From the IMG/VR virus record IMGVR_UViG_3300044645_001220, positions 1 through 59,638 of that record: DNA of 59,638 bases; one strand, given 5' to 3'. Made by a program: the position numbers and the translations under genes. Every line of letters starts with the position of its first letter. The first letter of the stretch is position 1. This document shows, piece by piece, positions 46,000-54,319 of this stretch. Source of the stretch: a virus. Its lineage: Duplodnaviria > Caudoviricetes. The notes beneath the pieces were generated by a model that was not told where the DNA came from, did not search any database, and saw only the letters and a program-made list of their open reading frames with translations.

Positions 46000-47574
46000 A
46001 TGTTTCAGCTTGGCCCCGATCTGTGGACGCCTCAAGCGGACGGTATCAGCAGGGCGATTCCTCTCTTGGAGGAGAAGAGAGTAGTTATCCTGCAAGGTCC
46101 AACCGGCTGCGGAAAGACAAGGATGTCGATCGAACTATTTCGATGGGCAATGCACAAGCAGATCGGGGCCAACTTTTATGTCAATCGAAAACTTCTGATT
46201 GGTCAGACTGCGGCTAGGTTCGACTCCCTCGGATTGAAGTACGGCATTCGAGCAGCAGACTACCCCGATTACTTTGACGGGTTTGCACCAATTCAGATTA
46301 CGTCTGCCGACACTGAGGCATCCAGGGTTTTTGATAAGAAGATATGGGACTTGGCAGATGCAGGACTCATAGTCGTTGACGAAGCCCACCTTCAAAAAAC
46401 TCAGGTGATGCGGAAGATCCTCGACGAGTACAAGCGAAGAGGGGCAATGATCTGCCTGCTATCGGCAACTCCAGTTGACATGAAAGACTGGGCCGACGAG
46501 TTGGTAATCTCCGGGACAATGAAGCAGTATCGAGACTGCGGCGCACTGGTCCCGGCGCTAGTCAAGACGATCAGCGTTCCCGACTTGTCGAAGATCAAAC
46601 GCAACGCGACTGGCGAGTACATGATGGACGGCAAGGTCCGAAAGCAGTACACCCAGCATATCGTCGGCGATGTCGTCGATATGTGGAAGAAGTTCAACCC
46701 GGACGCTAGGCCGACAATGATGTATGCTCCAGGTAAGCCAGAAAGCATTTGGCTCACCCAGCAATTCGAGAAGATCGGCGTTCGGTGGTGCCATATCGAC
46801 GCAACAGATGCGTACCTTGACGGAGTTTCGTACAAGCTCACGAGAAAAGCATGGGAGGAGATCAGCGAGCAGTACGTCAAAGGAGAAATCAAAGGGCTTT
46901 CCTGTAGGTTCAAACTCAGGGAGGGGATCGATTTTCCATGCACCTACCACCTAATCCTCGCTACCCCGATCGGCTCTCTCGCCTCGGCCATCCAAACGGT
47001 CGGAAGAGGGATGCGAGCAGATCCAAAAAACCCAGCAAAGGACCATTGCCTAATAACCGACCACGGCGGATACCGCCACAATCACGGAAGCCCGAACCAC
47101 GACCAACCCTGGGAACAACTGTGGAAGATGAATGAGAGGGCAGCGGCCAATCTCCACAAGGACCGCCGAAAGGAAGGAGAAGAGAAGGAGGGCATCGTCT
47201 GCCCCAACTGCTTCACCGAGCGGAACAAGGGACCAAAGTGCCCGTCTTGCGGGTTCGAGCATCCAAAGAGCGTTCGCAGGGTGATGATGGAGGACGGGAA
47301 ATTCATCACGAAGGAAGGTGATTTGGTTCGACCAACACCGAGAATCAAGAGGCATGACACGGAAAAGGTCTGGAGGAAGATGTTCTTCTCATGGAAGAAA
47401 TACCATCCAGACAAGTCTTTCCTACAGCTTGAGGGGTGGTTCTATCGGAAGCATGGCTACAAGCCACCTCGGAACCTACCTCTCATGCCAATCAGAAACA
47501 TCGACTGGCGGCTCAAGATCAGTGACTTGAAGATGGAGGAATTACATGGCTGGAAGCAAGGAGCCAATGGCTAG
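46000..47574 (+). CDS. SF2 DEAH helicase with C-terminal Zn ribbon
   Basis: PTGCGKT, VVDEAH, SATP, EGID.P, Q.VGRGMR, CPNC..CPSCG. Confidence 0.92.
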   Translation: MFQLGPDLWTPQADGISRAIPLLEEKRVVILQGPTGCGKTRMSIELFRWAMHKQIGANFYVNRKLLIGQTAARFDSLGLKYGIRAADYPDYFDGFAPIQITSADTEASRVFDKKIWDLADAGLIVVDEAHLQKTQVMRKILDEYKRRGAMICLLSATPVDMKDWADELVISGTMKQYRDCGALVPALVKTISVPDLSKIKRNATGEYMMDGKVRKQYTQHIVGDVVDMWKKFNPDARPTMMYAPGKPESIWLTQQFEKIGVRWCHIDATDAYLDGVSYKLTRKAWEEISEQYVKGEIKGLSCRFKLREGIDFPCTYHLILATPIGSLASAIQTVGRGMRADPKNPAKDHCLITDHGGYRHNHGSPNHDQPWEQLWKMNERAAANLHKDRRKEGEEKEGIVCPNCFTERNKGPKCPSCGFEHPKSVRRVMMEDGKFITKEGDLVRPTPRIKRHDTEKVWRKMFFSWKKYHPDKSFLQLEGWFYRKHGYKPPRNLPLMPIRNIDWRLKISDLKMEELHGWKQGANG

Positions 47575-47938
47575 CCACATGGAGAGAGACTTGAACGTCT
47601 TTCTTCTCGGCGTGCTTTGTGCAAATTCAGAACGATCCAAGACGGTGCTGAACACCATGCCCGAAGGATCGTTTACCGGAGAGATCGAGGAGATCGTTCG
47701 GGGGTTTCGGATAGGCAACTACTCGAAGCTCCACGCATGGCTGTGCGAGCGGCGAGCGATTGTCGAGAAGGGTACTGACAGCGTGTCAGTAGCTTGCCAA
47801 GCACTGCTGGCAAACAACCGAATCCTGAAGGTCAGGCAGATTTGCCAAGAACTCAACTATGCGAGCAGCGTAGAAAACGCTACCCTGTTGATCGAACGAC
47901 TTGAAAAAGCATTGACGGAACTAAAGAGCATCAAATGA
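47567..47938 (+). CDS. Hypothetical protein, weakly DnaB N-terminal-like
   Basis: SD AAGGAG; helical. Confidence 0.65.
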   Translation: MASHMERDLNVFLLGVLCANSERSKTVLNTMPEGSFTGEIEEIVRGFRIGNYSKLHAWLCERRAIVEKGTDSVSVACQALLANNRILKVRQICQELNYASSVENATLLIERLEKALTELKSIK

Positions 47939-48327
47939 CAACCAAGCCGATCCAGATTCGACTTACTCTTTCGTTCCCAGATCCGTATCTGTTTCCAAAC
48001 AAAACGGCACACTGGGCAAAGAAAGCAAGGCTGGCGGCGAGGCAGAAAGACGAGGCGGCTCTGGTAGCTCTGAATTTCTTCAACAGGAGCGGTCTGGAGC
48101 CTCCAAGGTGGAAAGAGGCGACTATCGACATACGAGCGTTCAAACGAAGCGGGAGGGCCATAGATCGTGACAATTTCCTGAATGCGATGAAGAGGGCTTG
48201 GGACGGACTGGAAAAGGCTGGTGTCGTTGAGAATGATTCTGGATTCTGGCACATGCCGCCCATATTCGAGGTGGACGCAAAGAATCCAAGAGTTGAGTTA
48301 ATCATCACGGAAAGGACTGAGAAATGA
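47935..48327 (+). CDS. RusA-like Holliday junction resolvase
   Basis: PN...HW, DRDN....K...DGL..AGV..ND, PRVE. Confidence 0.8.
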   Translation: MTTKPIQIRLTLSFPDPYLFPNKTAHWAKKARLAARQKDEAALVALNFFNRSGLEPPRWKEATIDIRAFKRSGRAIDRDNFLNAMKRAWDGLEKAGVVENDSGFWHMPPIFEVDAKNPRVELIITERTEK

Positions 48328-48620
48328 GCGGCTGGGACAATACGAATCGTGGGTCACTTTTTTCTAATGATCGGAAGGAAAAGGACTCGCACCCGGACTA
48401 CAAGGGTTCAATCAACATCGATGGCGTCGAATACTGGATCAGCGGGTGGAAGAAGAAGATCCAGAGAGGCGACAAGGCAGGCCAAGTGTTCGTGTCCCTC
48501 AGCGTGCAGGAGAAGGATGGATCGGCGTCGAAGCCACCTTCCAGCAATTCGTTTGGCAGCGGGGACTCGACCAACGGCAATCCTTCGATGGTAGGAGGAG
48601 AAGACGACCTCCCTTTCTGA
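48324..48620 (+). CDS. Putative ssDNA-binding protein
   Basis: PDYKG.I.IDG.EYWISGW, acidic tail ending DDLPF. Confidence 0.8.
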   Translation: MSGWDNTNRGSLFSNDRKEKDSHPDYKGSINIDGVEYWISGWKKKIQRGDKAGQVFVSLSVQEKDGSASKPPSSNSFGSGDSTNGNPSMVGGEDDLPF

Positions 48621-48764
48621 GTACGAAGCAGCAGGATGGCAACTGTTGCTTCCATCGGGAAAACTGGATCGATACTCCCAGTGGCGAAGGGACGGCTAAG
48701 ACGCACTGTAAAAAATGCGGCAAGTTCATTGGCTACAAGAGGACCGATACAAGGCCACCAGGAC

Positions 48765-49169
48765 ATGAGAAAAATCAGCATCAAACGCAAGGAGATCGTT
48801 CGTCAGGCGGCGGCGTTTCGCAAGACTTTGACGAAGACGGTGGGGAAATGCGAGATTTGTTCGGCGAGTCCTGAGAAACCTCACCGGAACTTACATCCCG
48901 CGATGAGCGCTCTATGCGTGCATGAGATTGCAAACGGCCCCGATCGAATGAAAGCACTCGACAAGCCGTTCGCAGTTCTATGCCTGTGCTGGAAGTGCAA
49001 CTCGATGTCCGTAATGAACAAGAAGGATTGGCCGCAGTCTCGACAACTTGCCGTCCTTCTAAAGAGCAGGCCGAACGACTTCGACCTGACTGCTTTCAAC
49101 AGTTTGGTGAACCCTAACGCACCAAACAGAATTACCATTGACGAAGTGAAGGAATATCTGGAGGATTGA
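48765..49169 (+). CDS. HNH-like Zn-binding protein
   Basis: CEIC...HEI...LC..C. Confidence 0.55.
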   Translation: MRKISIKRKEIVRQAAAFRKTLTKTVGKCEICSASPEKPHRNLHPAMSALCVHEIANGPDRMKALDKPFAVLCLCWKCNSMSVMNKKDWPQSRQLAVLLKSRPNDFDLTAFNSLVNPNAPNRITIDEVKEYLED

Positions 49170-49170
49170 A

Positions 49171-49395
49171 ATGACCGAATCAACGAACACCGAAGAACGA
49201 AAGGTCGCATTGGGAAACGTGATGACCATTCAAGCCGTTGCCAAGTATCTCAGCGTCCACGACAACACAGTCCGAAACTGGATACGGTCTGGATCTCTGA
49301 AGTGCATCCGGCTTCCAGGAGGAGGTGTGTCCCGATGCACGATCAGGATTCCAGAAGAGAACCTGAAAGAGTTTCTGAGCAGCCGCACTAAGTAA
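49171..49395 (+). CDS. Excisionase-like HTH protein
   Basis: MT...VA.YL.V...TVRNWI.SG.L....RI....L..FL. Confidence 0.85.
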   Translation: MTESTNTEERKVALGNVMTIQAVAKYLSVHDNTVRNWIRSGSLKCIRLPGGGVSRCTIRIPEENLKEFLSSRTK

Positions 49396-49470
49396 AAGAA
49401 AAGCCCCCCTCGGTCTGGCGGAACCAAGGGGGGCCGTCGCTGGTGACGCGAGAGAAAGGATTCGCGTCAC
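49395..49470 (-). ncRNA. Putative ~75-nt small RNA with an anti-SD loop and intrinsic terminator
   Basis: Promoter at 49476-49503; hairpin 49441-49472 with minus-strand loop AUCCUUUCUC; GC stem 49403-49434 followed by a U-tail. Confidence 0.55.
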
Positions 49471-49475
49471 CAGTA

Positions 49476-49503
49476 ATAGTAGTCCGCCGAACCATCTTGT
49501 CAA
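49476..49503 (-). promoter_or_regulatory. Sigma70 promoter of the putative sRNA
   Basis: TTGACA-16 bp-TACTAT on the minus strand. Confidence 0.65.
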
Positions 49504-49800
49504 TACGTTCGGCGTCCGGCCAAGCCAAGCATCCAAGGCGAAAGCACAGATCGATTGGCCGGGAAACTATTTCCGAAAGGACACCGTAGCGTCCGGTGCA
49601 AACGACGCTCCTGCGTTCCCGTTGTCATGCTGACGACTCCAGGCAACGGTAAAGAGCAGGCGCGAGAGAGTGAGGATTTTCCTGGGCTATCGCGTTACCA
49701 ATCGCCCCAAAGCTGACGACGGGCCGGGACGGAACCGAAGGCAGCGACTACCCATGCAGGGAGTCGCTGTCTCTCAACCGAACAAAACCGAAGGCATGTC

Positions 49801-49828
49801 TTGACTCGTGTTTACCTGATGATAAACT
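49801..49828 (+). promoter_or_regulatory. Possible sigma70 promoter
   Basis: TTGACT-16 bp-TAAACT with a TG extension. Confidence 0.5.
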
Positions 49829-49867
49829 TGTCTACGTTGTAAATGTTTTCTCAAGCAAAGGACGGAC

Positions 49868-50401
49868 ATGAACGACATAATCAACCTGATTGCACTGATG
49901 AACAAGGCGTTCAAGCAGCCAGTCGCTACCGATCTACAGAACCTTGGGCCAGAGCGAATCGCCAAGTTCGAGGCCGCTCTTGCCGAAGAAGTCAAAGAGC
50001 TTTCTCTTTGCCTCAAGGTCGAGGACGGAGAGGCCGTCGCCATCGACTTCGTTCAGTTTGCCGACACACTTTCCGACATCCTGGTCTATGTCCTGAGTGA
50101 ATCGGTCAAGTGGGGAATACCTATCCTGTCCGTGACGAGGGCCGTCATTGCCAGCCAGGAAACGAAACTGGTTGACGGCGAACCTGTCATGTCTCCATGC
50201 GGAAACAAGTGGGGAAAGGGACCGAAATTTACGCCTCCCGACGACGACATCGAGACGCTGCTTGTAGCCAGCCTGTCCGATCAAGACATCGACCTGTATC
50301 GGAGGATCGGCAACTTCGTTCGCAACTATCCTGTCGATAGGAATCTAGTTATTCCAGAAGCAGAGAGTTTGATTTCCAATAAGAATGAAGTAGTAGAATG
50401 A
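49868..50401 (+). CDS. MazG-like (PRA-PH/DR2231-type) nucleotide pyrophosphohydrolase
   Basis: EEVKE, AD.L.D..VY, S..TK, K..KGP.F.PPD. Confidence 0.75.
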   Translation: MNDIINLIALMNKAFKQPVATDLQNLGPERIAKFEAALAEEVKELSLCLKVEDGEAVAIDFVQFADTLSDILVYVLSESVKWGIPILSVTRAVIASQETKLVDGEPVMSPCGNKWGKGPKFTPPDDDIETLLVASLSDQDIDLYRRIGNFVRNYPVDRNLVIPEAESLISNKNEVVE

Positions 50402-50613
50402 GTTCATCTATTCCCGCACGTTCGAGACATGGCGTGTCGGGTAGGACTCCGGGACGATCGTGCCAGCCGGACAATAAATATGGGACGATTTCGGGATTCT
50501 CCTTTTGGTTGCCCGTCGTCTAGCGAGGATACTGAAGCGATTCAGAGACGCAGGAATCGACGCCTGCCGGGTGCTTGGTGTTGGTAACGTGGTTTTACTT
50601 TGGAGATTGAAAC

Positions 50614-50796
50614 ATGAGCGGCGTCGAGGCATGGCTGATTTTCTGGATGATCTTCGGCATCGAGGGCGCATTCCGTCCTGTCGAAAGGGTTGGTGAGTGG
50701 GTGACTGGCCAGGATCTTTTGGTTCCTGGAATCGCGGCGATTGACGATCCGCTTTGGGGTCGCAATGGCGATGTCAAGCCGCCGACGGTGGAGTAG
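50614..50796 (+). CDS. Small hypothetical protein
   Basis: 60 aa, SD GGAG. Confidence 0.4.
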   Translation: MSGVEAWLIFWMIFGIEGAFRPVERVGEWVTGQDLLVPGIAAIDDPLWGRNGDVKPPTVE

Positions 50797-50803
50797 GTGT
50801 GGC

Positions 50804-50899
50804 GGGTCGGTGGAGTAGACGAGCGGCATTGCCGGAAGCGGGAGTTGGTACCTGCGGCTGCGTCGGCCCTCTTCGCGGGTTCGAATCCCGCCCGACCTG
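50804..50899 (+). ncRNA. tRNA-like element with canonical acceptor and T-arm but non-canonical middle
   Basis: GGGTCGG/CCGACCT acceptor; GCGGG-TTCGAAT-CCCGC T-arm; no canonical D or anticodon arm. Confidence 0.55.
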
Positions 50900-50908
50900 A
50901 TGAGAAGT

Positions 50909-51018
50909 GTATAACGTCAGCAATCAGCGGGCCGCAACAATTTCAGTTTGAATAAGGATAGTTTCATGGAATCAGAGAATCAGGTTGATGCGGCTCCGTC
51001 TGCATTGCGTTGTTCTAC
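50909..51018 (+). mobile_element. attC-like integron cassette recombination site 1
   Basis: GTATAAC...GTTCTAC ends; bulged hairpin GCAATCAGCGGGCCGCAACAA/TTGATGCGGCTCCGTCTGCATTGC. Confidence 0.7.
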
Positions 51019-51271
51019 TACCAAGCTATGCGATTTTGTGCATGAGCTTGAATCCGCGTTGAGCTTCGTTACAGATGAATGTCGCCTCACAAGTCAAGTC
51101 GAAGTTTTCTACGAGATGCGAGATGGTGAAGGGTTCATGCGAGTTACGTGCAAGGAAGATCGTGAAGACGCAGAAGCATATCGACGGTTGAAGCGAGGTT
51201 TAGCCGAATCGCACAAAGCCAGCCTTGGCAAGGATTGTGGAGTTTGGGATTCGCGGAATGTAGGTCAGTAG
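50966..51271 (+). CDS. Cassette gene 1, hypothetical (starts inside attC)
   Basis: SD AAGGA and ATG lie in the attC loop; the stop overlaps GTAGAAC. Confidence 0.6.
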   Translation: MESENQVDAAPSALRCSTTKLCDFVHELESALSFVTDECRLTSQVEVFYEMRDGEGFMRVTCKEDREDAEAYRRLKRGLAESHKASLGKDCGVWDSRNVGQ

Positions 51272-51355
51272 AACAAGCTTTATACAGTTCCCGCCCGACC
51301 TGATTTGGATTGCGTGAACTGATCGAATTTTTCGAAGCGTTGAAAGGAGATTGCG

Positions 51356-52162
51356 ATGAGCGAACCAAACGACGTTATCGGCAACGCCGATTCATCACAT
51401 TGTTCTGCGGTCTTGAACTATGGAGGCGGCAGACAGACAGCAGCAATTATCGTGTTGATTTTGCGTGGTGTAATTGAGCGTCCAGGCAAGATCATCATGG
51501 CAAACACAGGGCGAGAGAATCAGTCGACATGGGATTATCTGGCGAAGCATGTTCAACCGGCCTTGGACGGCATTGGAATGCAGGTCGAAGTAATCGACCC
51601 ACCAAAGATTCCGTTGCTGACATACGGCGCAGACGATAAGCCAATCATTCCGGTTTACACGGCAGATGGAAAGATGAGCCCGTTTTGCAGTGGTAACTGG
51701 AAGCGGGACCGAATGAACAGTTACCTAGCGTCGATAAAATGGCCAGGGCGTGAGCGATGGATAGGATTTTCCGCAAACGAAAAAAAGCGAATTAATCGAA
51801 TGGTTTCATCCGAGAGACCAGACAAATACACGTTTCGTTTTCCGTTGGCGGAAATGTTCATCACTACTGACGACTGCTTAGCAATCGTCGAAAAATGGGG
51901 CTGGCCACAGCCGAGCGTCAGCTCGTGCTGGATGTGCCCGCACAAGAAAAACGAAGAATGGGCAAGGGTTCGCGACAGCGAGCCCGAACACTGGGAAGAG
52001 GCTTGCCGCATAGATGAGGAATTGCGGGAGGAAGATTTGGAGCGCGGCGGAACAGGCGTGTGGCTGCACCATTCGCGGGTTCCGTTGCGTCAAGCAGATT
52101 TGAGCGTTGCCGAGCCGTTGCGGGTGGAGCGTCAATGCAGCCTCGGCATGTGTTTTGTTTAG
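51356..52162 (+). CDS. PAPS-reductase-like/PP-loop adenine nucleotide alpha hydrolase (cassette gene 2)
   Basis: NYGGGRQT, ANTG.E...T, C...WK, WIGFS..E..R, FPL, SSCWMCP. Confidence 0.8.
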   Translation: MSEPNDVIGNADSSHCSAVLNYGGGRQTAAIIVLILRGVIERPGKIIMANTGRENQSTWDYLAKHVQPALDGIGMQVEVIDPPKIPLLTYGADDKPIIPVYTADGKMSPFCSGNWKRDRMNSYLASIKWPGRERWIGFSANEKKRINRMVSSERPDKYTFRFPLAEMFITTDDCLAIVEKWGWPQPSVSSCWMCPHKKNEEWARVRDSEPEHWEEACRIDEELREEDLERGGTGVWLHHSRVPLRQADLSVAEPLRVERQCSLGMCFV

Positions 52163-52270
52163 ATCCGCATAACAATCGTTAGACTGAAACGCGGGTTCGA
52201 ATCCCGCCCGACCTGATGTGAATTGCATAACGCTCGGATTCACCGAGCCGAAAGGAAACAGGTAACAAGA

Positions 52271-52483
52271 ATGAGCAAGTTCAGACGGATTTCAGAGTTA
52301 GAAGCAGCGGAGATTGCGAACGACAGCGAGCAAGGTCGGATGCTGGTGATGGAGCGTGATTTCCTCCGTGATCTTGTCGCGGCAAAGGACGAATACATTG
52401 CGTGCTACAAGACAGGCAAGCGACCAAGCGAGAAGTTGTTTGCAAAGTTGGAGCGCCTCACTGCGTTGGTGATTGCGGACTAG
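52271..52483 (+). CDS. Cassette gene 3, hypothetical
   Basis: ORF between attC-like boundaries. Confidence 0.6.
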   Translation: MSKFRRISELEAAEIANDSEQGRMLVMERDFLRDLVAAKDEYIACYKTGKRPSEKLFAKLERLTALVIAD

Positions 52484-52487
52484 GTAA

Positions 52488-52577
52488 GACGAACGCTGGC
52501 AATCACGGGGCCGCGACCGTGACAGCCAGCCATGAGAAAAGACGTTGTCGCGGCTCCCGTGCATTGCTTTGTTCATC
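52488..52577 (+). mobile_element. attC-like site (best-preserved copy)
   Basis: GACGAAC...GTTCATC; arms GCAATCACGGGGCCGCGAC/GTCGCGGCTCCCGTGCATTGC pair fully apart from two bulged bases. Confidence 0.78.
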
Positions 52578-52594
52578 GTTCTTTGGAGATTTGA

Positions 52595-52816
52595 TTGATT
52601 ATGACGAGTCGAAGAGTTGGTGAGTTGGTCGAAACCATCAATGCGGCTTTGTTTGAGTTGCGAGAAATCAAGAAGCGAAAGCCGCAATTTCGCGTTGAAG
52701 TTCGAGACGAACCCGGCAGCATTTTGAATGGATACAGAGAGGGCGACATCACTTTTGATGAAGCAAAGGAACGGCTGGAACGTGTGTTTCTCAGTCAGTA
52801 TGGAAGCAACGCCTAG
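52595..52816 (+). CDS. Cassette gene 4, hypothetical
   Basis: SD GGAG; followed by GATGAAC, complementary to the cassette's own GTTCATC start. Confidence 0.65.
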   Translation: MIMTSRRVGELVETINAALFELREIKKRKPQFRVEVRDEPGSILNGYREGDITFDEAKERLERVFLSQYGSNA

Positions 52817-52908
52817 ATTCGATGAACAATCGTTATGCAGATCCCGCCCGACCTGATTTTGATTGCGGGAACGGTTCGAATTTTTAGAAGGGTTGAAAGG
52901 AGGTAGCG

Positions 52909-53118
52909 ATGGCTGACGGATTTCGAGGCATCCCCGGCGTGCCGGAGGGGTGGGAGTTGGTGGAGTTCCGCACTGTGCGCAAGGGTGACTGGATCTTGTC
53001 TGACCAAGGCTGGCCGACGCTATGGCAAAGCGATGGAACTGGCGATCGTGGTGGAATATTTGCGATCATCCGCGAGACCGAAAATCGTGAGGGCGTTGAG
53101 GTGACAGATGGCGAGTGA
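52909..53118 (+). CDS. Hypothetical protein
   Basis: SD AAAGGAGGT; VPEGWELV motif. Confidence 0.7.
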   Translation: MADGFRGIPGVPEGWELVEFRTVRKGDWILSDQGWPTLWQSDGTGDRGGIFAIIRETENREGVEVTDGE

Positions 53119-53533
53119 CGTTGACGCTCTGGTGGCGACGCTTGATGAGCGGTACGGAGCCTACGGCTGGAGCATGTGGCGTGCTGCGATCGGTGGCTGG
53201 GTGGTCAAGATCGAGAGCGACAAGAGCACGCACAGCAAGCCAACCATCGGCCAAGCGTTGCAAGCAGCAATTGACCACAAGCCTCTGCCGGTGGTGCCGA
53301 GGAGGCCGAGCATTTTTTCGGCTAGCGGTGCAATTGTCTACAAGGTCAGGGGAGGCGGCTGGGGCGTGGAGTATAAGGGGCGAGATTGTTACGTCTGGTT
53401 GCCAACAAAGAAGATGGCCGAGCAGTGGGCTAAGCAGAACGAAGAGCGGGTTGATAAAGCCTATGACGCCTGGATGACCAATCACGGCTGGACTATCAAA
53501 AAGAAGGAAGGAGTGGATTTTAGGTATGAGTAG
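53108..53533 (+). CDS. Hypothetical protein
   Basis: SD GAGGTG; overlapping gene chain. Confidence 0.7.
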   Translation: MASDVDALVATLDERYGAYGWSMWRAAIGGWVVKIESDKSTHSKPTIGQALQAAIDHKPLPVVPRRPSIFSASGAIVYKVRGGGWGVEYKGRDCYVWLPTKKMAEQWAKQNEERVDKAYDAWMTNHGWTIKKKEGVDFRYE

Positions 53534-53768
53534 TACAACAGAGACACTTGCAAAGGCGGCAAGAAAACTTGCCGAGCAGTGCGACGGACTCACAGGCGAT
53601 GGCGTTGTTGGTGCGGCGCTGCATGAGATTGCAGAGCGATTGCTGGCGCAACATCGCCTGCTGGAACGCATCGCAACGACTGCATCGCATTTGACTCACG
53701 ACCGCCACTATTGCATGAGGATTGACGCTGAAGTTATCGATGAGATAAGGAGGCGTGTAAATGGCTGA
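53526..53768 (+). CDS. Hypothetical protein
   Basis: Overlapping gene chain. Confidence 0.65.
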   Translation: MSSTTETLAKAARKLAEQCDGLTGDGVVGAALHEIAERLLAQHRLLERIATTASHLTHDRHYCMRIDAEVIDEIRRRVNG

Positions 53769-54132
53769 CAATAAGCGAACCGATGCGGAGTTGATGGCGG
53801 CAGCGAGGCACATCACCAAAATCGAAGAAGTGACCCTTCTTTGCGAGCGTCTGGAGGAGTATCGCAACGAGGTTATGAGAGTGCTGTCCATGCTTTCTGT
53901 ATTATCTAGCCAGTTGAGAGATCAATACTCCGTGGATTCCAGCAATTGCATCGATATATGCCGGAATCGTCTTGGTGATCTATTGAACGGAAATCCAATC
54001 GTTTGCTGTTCTTGCGGATGCAAGGATGGGCTGGAGTATGGGCCAGATCCATTTTCATCAGAGATTGGTGGTGATTATACTCCAGTCTGGGAGTGCGGAC
54101 CATGCCGACTTGAAAGCGTGAGAGAGATATAA
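53761..54132 (+). CDS. Hypothetical protein with C-terminal Zn-binding motif
   Basis: C..CG...DPF..EI.GD......C..C. Confidence 0.7.
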   Translation: MADNKRTDAELMAAARHITKIEEVTLLCERLEEYRNEVMRVLSMLSVLSSQLRDQYSVDSSNCIDICRNRLGDLLNGNPIVCCSCGCKDGLEYGPDPFSSEIGGDYTPVWECGPCRLESVREI

Positions 54133-54174
54133 ATGATTGTCGAAGGTTTTCAAATCTCAACGGAGGATGGTGGT

Positions 54175-54315
54175 ATGCCACTGAAAAAAGGTTCGAGTAA
54201 CAAGGTAATCCAGGCCAACATCAAGAAGGAGATCGCCGCAGGCAAGCCGCAGAAGCAAGCCGTCGCGATTGCCCTGAATGCTGCTGGCAAGTCCAAGCCA
54301 AAGAAAGGCAAGTGA
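54175..54315 (+). CDS. Small basic phage protein (MPLKKG...KQAVAIAL type)
   Basis: Recognisable motif; SD GGAGG. Confidence 0.8.
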   Translation: MPLKKGSSNKVIQANIKKEIAAGKPQKQAVAIALNAAGKSKPKKGK

Positions 54316-54319
54316 GACG

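Larger units (their letters stand above)
50886..52857 (+). repeat. Four copies of TCCCGCCCGACCTGAT (tRNA-like 3' end)
   Basis: Exact at 50886, 51289, 52202 and 52842; 29-bp identity 50874-50902/52190-52218; about 70-bp similarity 51289-51358/52842-52911. Confidence 0.95.

Noticed and set aside
48446-48874. Overlapping ORF containing CKKCGKFIGY (possible small Zn-ribbon gene near 48617-48874)
   Set aside because: No clear start codon or RBS, and it overlaps better-supported genes; cannot be supported, though not excluded
49582-49620. Pistol ribozyme at the pseudoknot
   Set aside because: No P2 strand between P1 and the pseudoknot partner, and no P3/GU cleavage junction
49630-49775. Hammerhead ribozymes at CTGACGA (49630, 49713)
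   Set aside because: No stem II closed by GAAA and no proper stem III/UH junction
50804-50899. Canonical decoding tRNA
   Set aside because: No recognisable D-arm or 7-nt anticodon loop; kept only as tRNA-like
50886-52857. 16-bp repeats as CRISPR or a diversity-generating retroelement TR/VR pair
   Set aside because: Spacing is 400-900 bp with whole genes between; there is no reverse transcriptase and the mismatches are not adenine-specific
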